A DNA stretch of 54,947 nt, counting the filler, from Sphacelaria rigidula (lineage: Eukaryota), in the NCBI GenBank assembly GCA_964200075.2. It is 5 parts of 5 records of this genome, joined end to end, with 100 filler letters (N's around TTAATTAATTAA, not from the genome) between each part and the next. Parts side by side here need not be neighbours in the genome. Positions count along the whole stretch, not along the records: positions 11,011 to 21,920 come from CAXNAA020005696.1; positions 22,021 to 32,929 come from CAXNAA020005697.1; 3 more parts are not named here. One strand, written 5' to 3'. The notes under the pieces are model-generated. The model was not told where the DNA came from. It did no database searches and worked only from the letters and a program-made list of their open reading frames with translations. Both the position numbers and the translations under genes were made by a program. This document shows, piece after piece, positions 12,171 to 24,552 of the stretch; position 1 is the stretch's first letter, and each line of letters starts with the position of its first letter.

Positions 12171-14209
12171 CGTGAGATTCGTTCGTATTTTTGGGCCTTT
12201 GAACAAGAGGGCAGACGAAGCTGACGACGTGTAGTACAAACGGCGCAGAACAGTGTTTACGTCGTCCCTCCTGAAAATGCGACGTGAGATGGACTGTCCC
12301 ATGAGCGTGTCCGCAACTCCTTGCCCTTCTTACAAAAAATGCATCAGCACCTGCACAAACCATATTTTTCCGAGGAACATATGTCGCCTCCGGGTGTATG
12401 TGTTGAGACACGCTATCGGGCGGTATACCATCTAGACATTAGAAAGGAATCGACGACCAGCGCGCCATCCATTGTTATTCGGCGGCAACGCAAACACCGT
12501 CGGGTTTTTTCTCCGCTCCCCTGAGGGGGTAGAGTCAGCACTAGCGTAGTAGACGGGTGTTGGTGTGCGTGTGTCGATTTTGCGGCACAGCGAACACGAG
12601 CTGCCGTAACCCTACACCTCGTACCCGCCGAATGGAACGATCACCCGTGTCCGTATATATCGGGGGAAAAAGCGAGGTCGATTTGTCCAATTGCCCTCTT
12701 GTCATCTTTCGTTCCCACGGGCGTTTTCTCACTACAGTACGTGCCACGGTGCCCCCCCCCCCCCCTGTCTTTCGCGCTAAACAAAAAACCCGTCGTTGCC
12801 CACGACAGCTATTTGGCATGGATGCCGGCCAATTGAAGGGCGTTTGGAACGGCGTCATGCTCACACTCTCGTGCGAAGACAGCGACAACAAAACCATCCA
12901 TGTGGCGACAGCAATCGTAGACAAGGAGTCTGGTGAAAGCTACTGCTTCCTCTTGAACAATTGCAAGAGAAATGCCGAGTTCGCCACATTCATCGCTTCT
13001 GTGGACACGACAGCCTACACTGACGGGCACAGATCTATTCCGGTGTCTCTCCGGGAGGAGGTGCCTGCCGCCCAGCACAGATTGTGTCCGAAGCACATTT
13101 TAGGCGTCGTCAAGCCGCCAGTTGGTTCGGTGAGTACAAACGTCGAGGTAACAAGTGGGGCAAAAAGGTTGGGAGCGAGGAACACCTCGTTATATCGGGT
13201 GTTTGCGGGGTGCAGCACATGACTTGAGACCGTGAAATAATCTGACGAACGCCTCTTCGTTTTGTCAACGGCCGTCCTCGACAGACTTGCATCGGTCCCA
13301 TCTTCCGGGCCGCCAGGGCTCCCACGCGCGCCTATCTCGATCGCGAGATGCACTTGGTGAAGACAGTCAATCGGCGTGCGTACGACGACCTGATGAGAAG
13401 GCCACTGGAGAAGTGGACGCATCACGCGTCTCGGTTAGACACTGTGGTGCTGGATCAGACTACTAGCAACCTCGCAGAGTCGACGATGAACATGGTTGGT
13501 GCGAATGCAAGACACTCGTGAATGGCTACAGTGCAAATGAGATGATTGAATGTTGTCGTGTTGGTTGCCTTTCAACGTTTTTCTGTGGAGATGGAGCACA
13601 GTTTCGACACTTCCTGGTCGAGACACGTTCCACATTGGGCAACAGATCCCGAGGGGAGAGAAGAGGGATGCGATCAGTTGCCCTTGTATTTGGCTTGCTG
13701 TTTTTGTAGGCTTCGAACGTCGCGTCTGACTTTGTTGCCCCGTACCGGGGCTTTTCGTATCTCGCATTTTGCCGTTGGCTCGTTGGCTTCGCGATCCCAC
13801 GTCGGTTCAACATTTTCCACGCTGTCCACTTCCCGACCGATACCGTTCACCGGTTACGCCGTCTATGGTGGGCGTCTTCCGTGTGTTCCTCAACCTTTTG
13901 CCGTTACCGTAGGCGAGAACTGCCGCCTGCGAAGCTGTTGGAGTCTATCGTCGACCACACCGCAGAGAAACTGTACGAGCGATCTACTCACGGCGAAGGT
14001 TCTTCAGCCAAATTCACACGTTTCGCCGTCGACCAGTACGAAGAGGCAAGGAAAGAGTCTAACGGGTACGTGCGAGTTTGCCATGGGACCTTTTGCCGTC
14101 CTTGCGTCCATCGAGTCCATGACCTGGGGTGCCGATCCACCGTCGCATTTGGACCCACATTCGCAGGATCGCCGGAACACCTTCTTCAGGATAATTGATC
14201 AATAAACGC

Positions 14210-14264
14210 TGGACCCCTGGGGGGATCAGTTAAAGTGCGACAATCAATCAAAAATAAATCAATG
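14210..14264 (+). mobile_element. Non-LTR retroelement 3' tail with (AATC)n, in a MULE intron
   Basis: Matches the reverse complement of 3737-3790. Confidence 0.6.
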
Positions 14265-14389
14265 AATAGAATACACAGTCAAAAAGTGTACTGCGTACAG
14301 TATCGACTATTGCGCCTATTGCAACAGAGAATGGATTCCATACTGTACGCAGTACATGTTTTTACAAAATAATCTATTGTCCAGGGTGT
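14265..14389. mobile_element. Foldback MITE of the 28549-28686 family, left end interrupted
   Basis: AAAAGTGTACTGCGTACAG ... CTGTACGCAGTACATGTTTTT inverted arms, ending GTCCAGGGTGT. Confidence 0.75.
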
Positions 14390-16678
14390 TGTAATTTCGA
14401 CCTCTGCAGCATGAAGGAAATCCTCACTTTTTTTCTCGCATCAACCTGGAACGTTCTTCTCAATACCAGGTGGAAGGTTGCCCCGTTCGGGAACAACAGG
14501 TGGGAGGTATCGATCGGCATAGAATGCCACACTGTGATCCTTTCGTTCGGATCAGGAGGAAGCGAGCGCCATCTACAAACATGCTCGTGCGGATTTGTCT
14601 TGCGGTACAGAATCTCCTGCCGCCACGTCCTCGCCGCCGCCAAAAGTGAGCAAGTTGCAATTTCGCGCACGAGGGATAGTCCCCGTTGGTTCCCATGAAT
14701 GGTGCAATATGAGCAGGAGGAGGGTAATCAACCGTGAGCGATACGCATGGGTCATGATGTAATGGCGCTGTCCGGTCGTTCGCTAACACGACGCTGTTGA
14801 AACCTTTTATCCACGCGTCACTGTGCGTGGTGGGTCGCCTTGTCCCTGCTTGCTGCGGGCCTTCCATCGAATGGTGGAAGTGCACTGTCGGCAAATGCGG
14901 CCGGTCCGTTTCTGCAGTTTGAATCTTTTTGATATACTGTGTTATGCTTTTACCTGTCGACATGATGTATGCACGGCGTGCGCGTTTGCTGCATTCCGTG
15001 CCGAGGTGTGGGAGCCCGACATTCTGCACAGGTAGGGATACGGAAGACAGTTGGTTTGGGAGACATTCCGGGAAATTGCATAGTACAAGATCCAAGAACA
15101 TTCCATTCGAATCCTTAGCGTTTTTGTTTTCTTGGTGCTGCCGCGAATAATGGAATTGCCGAAAAGGGATTTTTTTTCTTTATCCATACGGTGATGTGCG
15201 GCGTATTACAGTGCCGTTACCACCCCCGTTTAATCCACTTGCACTTCACCGGGAGGTATTATGTGACACGTCATTGGGGTGTTATATGCGTTTGTCACGT
15301 ACACCCTCTCTTCCGCTAAATGCCCAGAGACCAACAAGATGGCGAAGGCGATGGAGCTCATCGACGATGGCTATCGCGCGGATCTATACCGTGCCATCCA
15401 CTGCGATGCCGCATTCGAGGTGGTCCCTCCAGCGTGGGGGGCGCTGACGAGGGACGAGACGCTACTCCCACCACAGCGAGTCCAAGGCCAGGCCAGCGAA
15501 AGAGTATCGACGCGCGGTCCCCGCCCCCGGAAGCGCAAGACTAGCAATGGCGAGTTTAACACCTCCTCTCGGTACAATCCACCGATGTCGGCTTCCTCCG
15601 GCGGTGGTGCCGCCTCCGGTGGCGGTGGGTCGCGAGTGGATTGTCCCAGGGAAACCCGCCGTAGCTGGGTGTCCTGGATCTGGACGGAGTGTTCCTGTAA
15701 TTTTGCCGAAGTATTTTTGTTGGTGATTTACCTGAGCCGTTCGCGTCGGGGGCCACCCGTCGCGGGACTCGGGCGAGGGGATGAGGGGCATTTGTAGCCG
15801 TCCCTTCAACAAGTACCTACAACCGGCGTGCTGACCCCGTGTTCTGCTCGTCTGGCACCCTCCATATTCAGTTATTGAACATTGGAGAGTTGCGGTGCTC
15901 CCGTAACAGCGTGTCGCGGGGTTTAGTCTGTTCTTCGGGGGCTGTTGTGTCTTCTGTACCGTACACCAGCGTTGCCACGGACCCGGGGGTTGGTGTGATT
16001 GACGACCCCTTAATCCTCTGCAATCGTGTGCAATTTTGCAGTTCGTACAGCATGATCCCGGGTCTAATTTTCGCGTGGAGTTCGCGGATCCGCCGCGGAC
16101 TTCATTCGTGTCTCGTAGGCCGGCACCAAGGCCCGGCAGTACCGGCACAGGGCTACTTACATGTCGACGCCGTGAATGCCTGTGGTTTACGGAGGGGAAG
16201 GAGGGGGGGGGGGGGGGTGAGGTTCGCCCCGCACTGTGTTGCCTCCGCATATTGCTTTTGTCTTGTCCGTGAGCTCATCTCCCTGTGCGTTGCAGCTGTC
16301 CAGCAACATATCATCGTCGTGTGGAATAATTGATGGCGTTAGGGCTCGTTTAAACAAGACGGCAAACTTGAGAACTCGCCGTGGGAGTTCACGTGATTTT
16401 TTCTGTCTTCCCGGTCGATTGGGAGGTGATGCTATGCCCGCATCGCCCCTCAAAATAGTGGTCACATCAAGAAATGATCTTGGGATTGAAAGAAGGGCGA
16501 GAGGAAAGGAACCATGCCATGTCGATGCAAAATGGACGTGAAAGGGTTTCCACGATTGAGCAGTTTGGCTGTCAAGAGGGTGCCCAGCTGACTTTCCCAT
16601 GGCCAGCGATGCCGCCGCCGGCATTATTCAAATTACACAAGTACTGGATGGTATTCTTTCCATTACTGATGCTCCCAC

Positions 16679-18077
16679 CCGAATTGGAACGGCGAGTTAT
16701 GCTTCGCCATCTGTGATCATATATTCCATCCTCGCTTTCCTCGTTTCGTTAACCCTTTGAGAACCCACGAACGATTTCCGTTTTTGTGATTCACCATTTC
16801 GACTTGAAAATGACGCAAAATGTTGCCTCAACTGTTCGGTGGCGAGGGAAGGTCATCTCCTGCCTCCTGGATCGGCATCGATTTCACTTGGGAAAAGTGT
16901 GCATGACTGATTGAACTACCCTTGCGGTGGGTTCATGTTTCGACTGCGAGCGGTGGCCAATCTGTGCACCGGAATCAGGTAGACCAAAGTACACGTAATG
17001 TGCACTTCTTGTCTTCGACGGGTTATACCTATCAGTGTCATCGCTTCACTCGCGGTCCACATGTGTACTGGTCACCCTATGAGATTTTTCCCCTCTCTGA
17101 TCCGGATGCTACTCTCGGTTCCGGGAGTTTCAGGCCACGATATCAGCTGTACATGACATCATCCTCTCTGTTTGACCACGGGTCACAGTGACCGACACAC
17201 AAACACTTGTGAGCAAAAACTGTACGACACTTGAGCAGTACGGTCCGCTTGCCCGAAACCAACACGAACGTCCAGCTCGAATATATTTCATCATCATCCC
17301 CCCGCTTCGGCAAAGAACCGAATAAGGGCGTGTCTAAAAGCACTTCTTTTCGATCGAAAGAGTGCGGTGGAATGTTTTTTTCCCGATCTCATCGATCCCC
17401 CGCATTCATCCTCCTTGAGGAGGCTTCAATCCAATTTTATAATTCGCGGCGTGCGGAGAAGCACGTAACTGGATGGAAATCAATGGTTTTGGGTCGAAAA
17501 CATGCGTTCGAAAGGCACGACCCGGCACTTGACTCCCATCGTTCAGACCACCACGCCAAATAATACCTCTTTGCACAAGCTTTGCAGCATCATGCCAACT
17601 CCATCCAACTTCTTGTCAGCTACTACCGCAACCCTGCAGCATAGAGCACAAGATGAGCACAGGGATAGATGCACTGCAGTAGTTGGTATGCTTTGTTCAT
17701 TTTTTGTTGGAGCAACATTTCTCCCATCTTCTCTCATGGTGATCATCAGCGACGGAACTGCGTCGCACGGTGGACAACCGACTTGCGTGCACGCTCATTG
17801 ACAGTGCAGGCACCACAAACCCGCACGATGCTGAGGCCTTTTTTTGACGGTGTATTTTAAGCATGGAGAACTGATAGTTTAGGGCTGTCTGTACTGCACG
17901 TTGCCCGCTTCTCCTCTATATCCTCCTGCACGAAACACGCACTCAAGACACCCTGCTTGCAAGCAGTGCCGACAGTGCAGACAGTCTGTACCGTACTGTG
18001 GACGAGTGACTCCGTACCGTCTCATGAATTCCATTGCCTTCATTCGATGGGAAGTATGACAATCCACCTGGACCCAA
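16679..18077 (-). CDS. Candidate small exons of an unidentified gene
   Basis: Phase-consistent GT-AG segments 18077(or 18067)-18018, 17633-17567 and 16710-16679 join as ..DCHTSHRMKAMEFMRRVAVVADKKLDGVGMMLQSLCKEMAKHNSPFQFG. No family recognised. Confidence 0.3.
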
Positions 18078-18524
18078 CTGCATCAACACGACAAATTTCG
18101 CTCAGGTTGATTCCGCTTCCCCATCTTTTCGATCCAAAAGAAAAGTGCGAAGACACGCCCTAATTGCCCATATTACACTTTGCAACTAAGGTCAAACAGT
18201 GTGCAGTCAGAAAAGGTACGGAGACGTGCCGAAGCACTGCACGATTAGAACAGCTGCCATGCAGCCGCGGCCCCCTTTCTTGGGTGATGATCTCGTGGGT
18301 GTATGTATGTCAGTACGCCCAACAACAGGCGACAGACAAGCCCCTGCTGTAAAAACAACAGCGACGCTGAGATAACGGGATAATCCCCCTAGGTCGGAGC
18401 ATTTGATGTTGGATTCGCCTGGGCGGTGAGATGTTGTGCTCTGCATGTTCCTGCGAGGGTGACGGTTTGTTTGGTCAGGGCGCCGTGTGCTTTGAACTGA
18501 AGGTTCTCTCCAAACCCGTGGAAC

Positions 18525-18599
18525 CAACGCGTGCTTTGTCGGATCGACAAGGCGTGTTCGTTGACGGATTGACAAAGCGTGCTCGTTGTCGGATTGAAG
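18525..18599. repeat. Three imperfect tandem copies of a ~25-nt unit
   Basis: AA.GCGTG.T(CG)TTG.CGGAT.GA repeated three times. Confidence 0.6.
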
Positions 18600-18731
18600 G
18601 GCAAAGCTCCAGGACGGCGGGTGATCGGATAGACGAAACGAAACTCGGGATATTATGATCTCCAACGGCCAGCCGTCGAAACGTAGCATAAAACATGGTG
18701 ACGTGTGTGTTTTGGGGCTGGCCGGGAACTT

Positions 18732-18961
18732 GGGCATTACTGTCTCGATCGCCAAAAACCGGTGAGACCATCGCCAAAAACCGGTGAAAGCCAAATCGAG
18801 TTTCCAAGAACAGGTATACCGTGCGTGTTTTCGCCAGAATGCGCACGCGGCGGGATGTGGCCAATCAGGCGGCTGCATTAGTAGCGTTATCGAGGGGGTG
18901 TGTGAGCTATACCGGATGTTGACGAAAATACCGTCGGTATACCGGTTTTTGGCGATTGCCC
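18732..18961. mobile_element. MITE abutting or interrupting the 3' end of the Ty3 pol
   Basis: ATCGCCAAAAACCGGT (twice, at 18748 and 18770) is inverted against ACCGGTTTTTGGCGAT (18941-18956). The Ty3 reading frame loses resemblance exactly at this boundary. Confidence 0.6.
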
Positions 18962-21635
18962 CACCAGGAACCGCGGGGTGCGGAGGGGCTAGTCGTATAT
19001 AAGTCGAGGCGGAGCTTGAGCTGAACGGGCCCAGGGTCGTCGAGGAAACGCACGATGTACGTGTCAGCCGCGAGGGCATCGACGGAGTGGATCTGACGTA
19101 GCCACCAGAGGTAATCGCTGCCTTTACATCACAAATAGGCACCTTTAGGGAACGGTTGTTGTTTTGCGCGAATCTTTTCGTCCCATTGTTTGGTGGGTAC
19201 GAGTTCGTAACCATCGGCTACAAACCGTAATCCTTTGTCGCGGTGGAGTTCGCGGGCTGCAGCACCGCGTTTCATGATGCGATATCCTTTGTTGTCAACG
19301 AGCTGTTGCTCTGAGGATTGCGTCCAATAAAGAAGGACAGCACGACGGTGCAGTTGAAGGCCGGACTCGCGTTCCCAAGACGCACGCCGAAGACCTTGCC
19401 AGTGTGTCTTGTACATAACACCAATTTTGCCGCTAGGATCTCGAGTGATTTGGTGGCCGTAAATGTGGGACACGGCCAAGCGGGGAGGTTGTTCAGTCGC
19501 GTCATCGATGATAACGTGGTACGGGGGAGATTTTGTCGAGTAGCTGTTGAGCACGTATTGAGTGAGACCTGCAGGCAGGTATTGAGGCATGTCAGTAGTG
19601 TCATGCGGGTTCGTGTAAGGCTTGCAACGATGCACTGAGACGCGAAATTTAGCGTCATGTCCATGGAGGTCACGAGGCAAATCGAGGTAGAGGAGTTTGT
19701 CGCCAACAGGCTTGCTATCTGGAGACGTTGGCGAGGGTCTTACTATGAGAATCTTGAACGGGCCCGTTCAATTAAGGGGCAGTTTGGTCTTCAAGACTGT
19801 TGCCTGGAAAGTGCAGTCAGCGCCTTGACGGATGGTGGATAAACTGTTGTAGATCCAGACCCAATCGCCGACTTACCAAGTAAGGCGTTTGTGCATCAAG
19901 TTGTAGAGGGCGGTATTGAATCTTTCAAGGCGTGAGGCGTTGAGAGCGTGTTGTTCGCGCACCAAAGTGAAAGCCTTGCGCTGACGAGCCCTGGCGAGAT
20001 CGTGGTAGGACATCTGATCCTGTTCCAGACCTTGGTGACCATCGAAAGTATGTCTTCTGAAAACGGTGATGGGCAGACAAGGGTAGAGTCCAAGATGTAG
20101 CTCGTTGGGCGAAAGGCCTGTAGCCGCGTTGACCGAATTTTTGTAAGACAGCATGACAGGCGAAAGACGAAGGTCCCAGTCATTCTGGCGGTCACTTACG
20201 ACCATGGAGAGCATTTGAGCCATAGTGTGAATCACACGTTCAGTTCCACCATTACCGTTAGGGTGGTAGGCGCTCGAGGCAATTTTGAGAATGCCGAGGA
20301 GCTTGTACAAAGCATCCGAGAATTCGGAGCAAAATTGTTGACCATTGTCGGAGAGGAGTCGTTTCGGGCAGCCATAGTTCTAAATGTAGTCATGGACGAG
20401 AATGTCCGCTGTGCCGGCAGCAGTGAAATCGCTGGCAGTAACAGCGTACGTAGCCGCGTGACGGCTGAAGCGATCAGTGAAGAGCAGAATGTACGTATTA
20501 TCACGGTCAGTGGTGGGTAAAGGGCCGAAGTAGTCAAACGACACGAAGTGACCAGGAGCGTGCGGCTGGGTGTGGTAGGTGTTGTACGGCTCGTGGGGGC
20601 ACGAGGCGGCGGCGGCGGCGACGTATTGCGTGAAGCGGCCGACGGCGGCGATGGTATCACGGCAAGCGAAGAATTTGCACGAGCTATTGTCCGAGAACGC
20701 GTGTTATTGGAGATGAGGTGGACAGTTGGTGGTGGCGGCGCCGAGATATTTGCGCGCGGGCCGAAAGTGCGGAAATCGGCAAAGTCAGCAGCTGTGGGCG
20801 CTAAGCCATCCAAAACTGCATCAGGGGCCAGAGGGCGGGGGCCCCCCATGTGCAGACCTGTTTCAGGGCATTGTAGGTCAAGCGCGTAGACGGGCGCAGA
20901 AAAACGCCGAATGGGGTAGACGCCTGGTTCATCACATTCAGTCAAGCGTCAAGCGGGACTGAAATCTATCGCTGTAGGGGGCAGAGGCAATCGCGAAAGA
21001 AGGTCAGCATTGCCGTTGATTTTGCCCGGACGGTGTTCCTCAGTGTACTGGTAAGCAGTCAAGAACTCCAGCCACCGTTGTGCGCGGGGGTTATATTCTC
21101 CAACCTTAGCGAGCTGTTCAATAGCTCTGTGATCTGTATAGATATGGAAAGGCACGTGGAACAAGCGCTGCCGAAGCCGTTTAATAGCCCAAGGTATAAC
21201 TCCGCCTTCGGGTTCCAGTGGACTCCAGTTTGCCTCGTTCGGGAGGGTTGCGCGGCTGATGTACAAAATAGATCGGACAGAGCCATCCAGTTGGGGCTGA
21301 TTCAAAACTGCGCCGAACCCATCTGTGCTAGCATCGGTGTGTAGTTGGAAAGGATGTGAGCCGTCTTATACCGCATCCCAATCTGGAAAACAAAGAACCA
21401 GTTTTTCGGTCAGTATTTCGAGCAATTCGCGGACGGTAGCTTCCATTTCTTTAGTGAAGACAATCGGGACGTTTTTCTTCAATGCATCGGTGATGTACCG
21501 GATCCGCGTGGACAAGTTGGGCAAAAAATCGCGATAACAACAAAATCCGCCCAACAGCCAGCGAAGCTGCGAAATATTGGTGGGCATGGGCATATCAGTC
21601 ATAGCCTTGACCTTGCTCTTGTCTGGGAGTCATCC
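18962..21635 (-). mobile_element. Decayed Ty3/Gypsy LTR retrotransposon pol (RT connection, RNase H, integrase core, chromodomain)
   Basis: MPTNISQLRWLLG; FQLHTDASTDGFGAVL; WAIKRLRQRL..IYTDHRA..RWLEFL..GNADLLSRLP; VSFDYFGPLP..FTDRFSRH; LLSDNGQQF; SAYHPNGNGGTER; WTGPFKIL region; chromodomain-like IYGHQ..YKTHWQGLRRASWERES. RNase H precedes integrase. Multiple stops and frameshifts; no LTRs seen. Confidence 0.93.
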
Positions 21636-21920
21636 TACGATGGGGGGGGGGGGGGGTACTTTGGGCCACTTCTTGCACGAAATTCCCAGCCAAATCGTCA
21701 TTGAAAGGAGCAATGGTTGCTCGAACGAGCTTATCGTGGATGGATAATGCTCGTTCTTCCCGATTGATACCGTTTTGAACCAAATACAAGCGCACCGCGA
21801 GGGTGGTAGGTCGTCTGACACACTTTCGAGCCTCTTTTTTCGGGCAATATAATGCCGCCACCCTCCCCCCCCCCTACCTGCGTGGCCGTCCGCTCCACCA
21901 CCCGTATGCGGTCACGGCCG

Positions 21921-22020
21921 NNNNNNNNNNNNNNNNNNNNNNNNNNNNNNNNNNNNNNNNNNNNTTAATTAATTAANNNNNNNNNNNNNNNNNNNNNNNN
22001 NNNNNNNNNNNNNNNNNNNN
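21921..22020. other. Artificial spacer
   Basis: N-run with TTAATTAATTAA, 100 nt. Confidence 0.97.
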
Positions 22021-22252
22021 AAAAGACCCTCCCCACGCCGTACCGACAAGACCGGTCATGGCCTTCGTCGGAGGACGGGGAACGGAGGACTCGCATATGC
22101 TCTCATTATTGCATATCCTACACATGAAGTGTCCTACCACACTTGGCGACGCAGACGACTGGCAACGCAAGGTGGAGCTAAGCCCAGCAAACAGCAGTAA
22201 CATTATCTCTACCTGCAAACGTTTCTCGAGTGCGAGTCTACCTCCATCTCAC

Positions 22253-24517
22253 CAGGGGCAGTACGAACTTCCCCCCCAGGACAACACCTATCCATTCCGC
22301 GATGCTGAAGTTACTGTCGAAGCGAGTAGACGTCTTCGGGTCGATACCAAGGTCCGAATCATCGTCCTGATGAAAAAGAGGCAACGCGATCAGATGATTC
22401 ATCTCTGTTAAAACAAATGGAGGGATGTTTTGTCGAAAGTCGTCGGGTGTGTTATTTATACTTGTAAAACTAGCCCTGAGCGGAGACAAACGTAAGACGC
22501 AACGTTACGGATATTCATTGGCAACAAGCGCGTTCGAACAACCGCTGCGGCTTCCACCGACGATCCGATGGAGAAGTTTGTGGAATAAATGACCCGGGAT
22601 CCTGTCCTCCGTATCCTAGCATGACTTATACCTCCCGATGTGATTGATACATCTCAACATAGAGCATCTGTGGCATTTATACCTCCCTGTTTCCAAAACT
22701 CTACCCTCGAGAATTTTAACCAGCACATGTCTTCGATGCGCACATATCCCGTAATAACTTAGATTCATTCCCGTTATAGAACTTCAACAAGCAGAGAGAC
22801 CGTCCACGTCAGTAAAGTGCTTCCCGTAATAGAGTACGATGAGGGATGAGATTGTTCACGCTCACTTGTCCGACCGGGTTTTCGGTGCGGTCGAAGGCTT
22901 TGATGAACACGATGTCGCTGTTGGGGTCCCACTCTTGGTCCTCAAACTCGGTGCTGCCACATGCAAGCGGCAAATGAACGGAACAAAACGAACAGCACAG
23001 TGTCGACGAAAACGCGTGGCGTTTTGAGGTTTTTTGCACTTTTGTCCCTCGAGGCTTAAAACAGGTGAACTCGTGAAGAGCGACACATGGGACAACTGTC
23101 AACTCCTCAAGGTCGATGTAAGAATCGCACCGCACAGAGGTCGATTGATGATTATGGAATATATCTGGCTGTCATGGCTTGTGTACAAAATACGCAACGT
23201 TCGACTGTCACCTTGACAGAAACAATCGGTTCAACTGGTGAACCCAGCTCGGACAAGACAGCTCGCAGAGGCTGCACAGTGTTGGTTCAACACTTGCCTG
23301 TGTAATGAGGAATATAGTTTAAACTTGGCGCTTCATCCAGCCGTTACTCAAATCAAACGCAAGCACTCTCTACTCTAGAGAATGCTGATGACAAGCTAGT
23401 AGGCTTACTTGAGGTTGGTCGCTTTGGAGAGTAAAATCGTAGGGCTACGTCGCTCTCTCGACAAAACTCTTCGACACTATAAAACTGGTCATCCAAACTG
23501 TTGGTACGTTAGATTCTTCGTGCTCAACCCTCTAATCTTCTGACAATGTTCTGACTTTCTGTATACGAGCTATACGGTACATGGGTTATTCGTTATTCTA
23601 CGATGAATATTCCACTCCCTCGTTTATTTCTACGATATTTGTTTTAACGATGAACCGTACCTGGTTCTACCGCTAATCTCGAGTATGTATATTCGCAACT
23701 GTTATTACTTAAATTCCAACACATGATTCGTACGGGTTGACTCCTTACAAATAAATGTATTCGCGAGCGCACCATGTACCGAGAGGGCGTGATTAACGTT
23801 CGAACCAGTAACGCAAGAACGACCAGCAAGATATTATGTTCCAAGAAGTGTAGTGCCGCACGAACGACAGCAGGACAACCGTTGGGGTGTTGGTGCTAAG
23901 GCCAAGACGCGACGGGCAGAGCTTCATGATCTTGACATCGCTTTGCATTTTAGGTATAGTTTTGAATAGTGGGGTTGAGGGTTCGTGAATGAGCCGGCGC
24001 TTCGCACTACACATATCTCGTGAGTGTTTCACCCCTCGCTTGCATTTGTTTACGATCTATTCGTGAAAATTTCGTTCGCGCTACCGAAGCATCGATTTTC
24101 AACCGGTGAGAATGTATGTCAACCGGCAACGATGCGAGGAAGGCGCGTGCTGTGCTCGCTAGGCGTCTCCCACTTCTTCTAGTGAGGTACATCAATCGTA
24201 CTGTTACTGTAGTTGGCTGTGAATGTTTTCGTGACCTGGGCCATGTCTGCTCTCGCGTAAGCCAAACGACCCCTCGCATTTCGTTTTTGTGAGCGGTTCT
24301 GCATGAGAGACCCGCGCACTCCGTCACTAGTAGGTAGGATGGAGACGCGCTGCGCGATATTGATTGATTGGTTGATTATCTCACATCAGCCGATTGCAAC
24401 AATCCAGCCCGTGGTCAGGAGCAGCAAAAACAAGAACAGAAAAGAAAAGAAAAAGAAGGAAAGAAACAGAAGTAAAGGCATTAGAAAGAAAAAAAGCAAG
24501 GAAGCAGCGATAAGACC

Positions 24518-24552
<35 letters not shown>

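Larger units (their letters stand above)
12809..15797 (+). mobile_element. MULE/Mutator-family DNA transposase gene (MULE DDE domain + SWIM zinc finger), spliced, probably disabled; 5' part not found
   Basis: Exons 12809-13129 (FGMDAGQLKGVWNGVML..DSDNKTIHVATAIVDKESGESY..YTDGH..HRLCPKH), 13285-13506 (TTSNLAES catalytic Glu motif), 13913-14065 (RELPPAKLLE), 14470-14645 (CSCGFVLRYRISCRH SWIM), 15328-? (LLPP..GPRPRKRK). The exon 2/3 junction needs a GC donor plus a frameshift. TIRs were not identified; the 3' end is taken from the ORF stop. Confidence 0.85.

Noticed and set aside
15462..16333. Long overlapping ORFs on both strands
   Set aside because: GC-rich low-complexity sequence, partly antisense to the MULE exon; no motifs.
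18207..19214. 335-aa ORF, the longest in the track
   Set aside because: Alternate frame of the Ty3 tail running through a MITE and tandem repeats.
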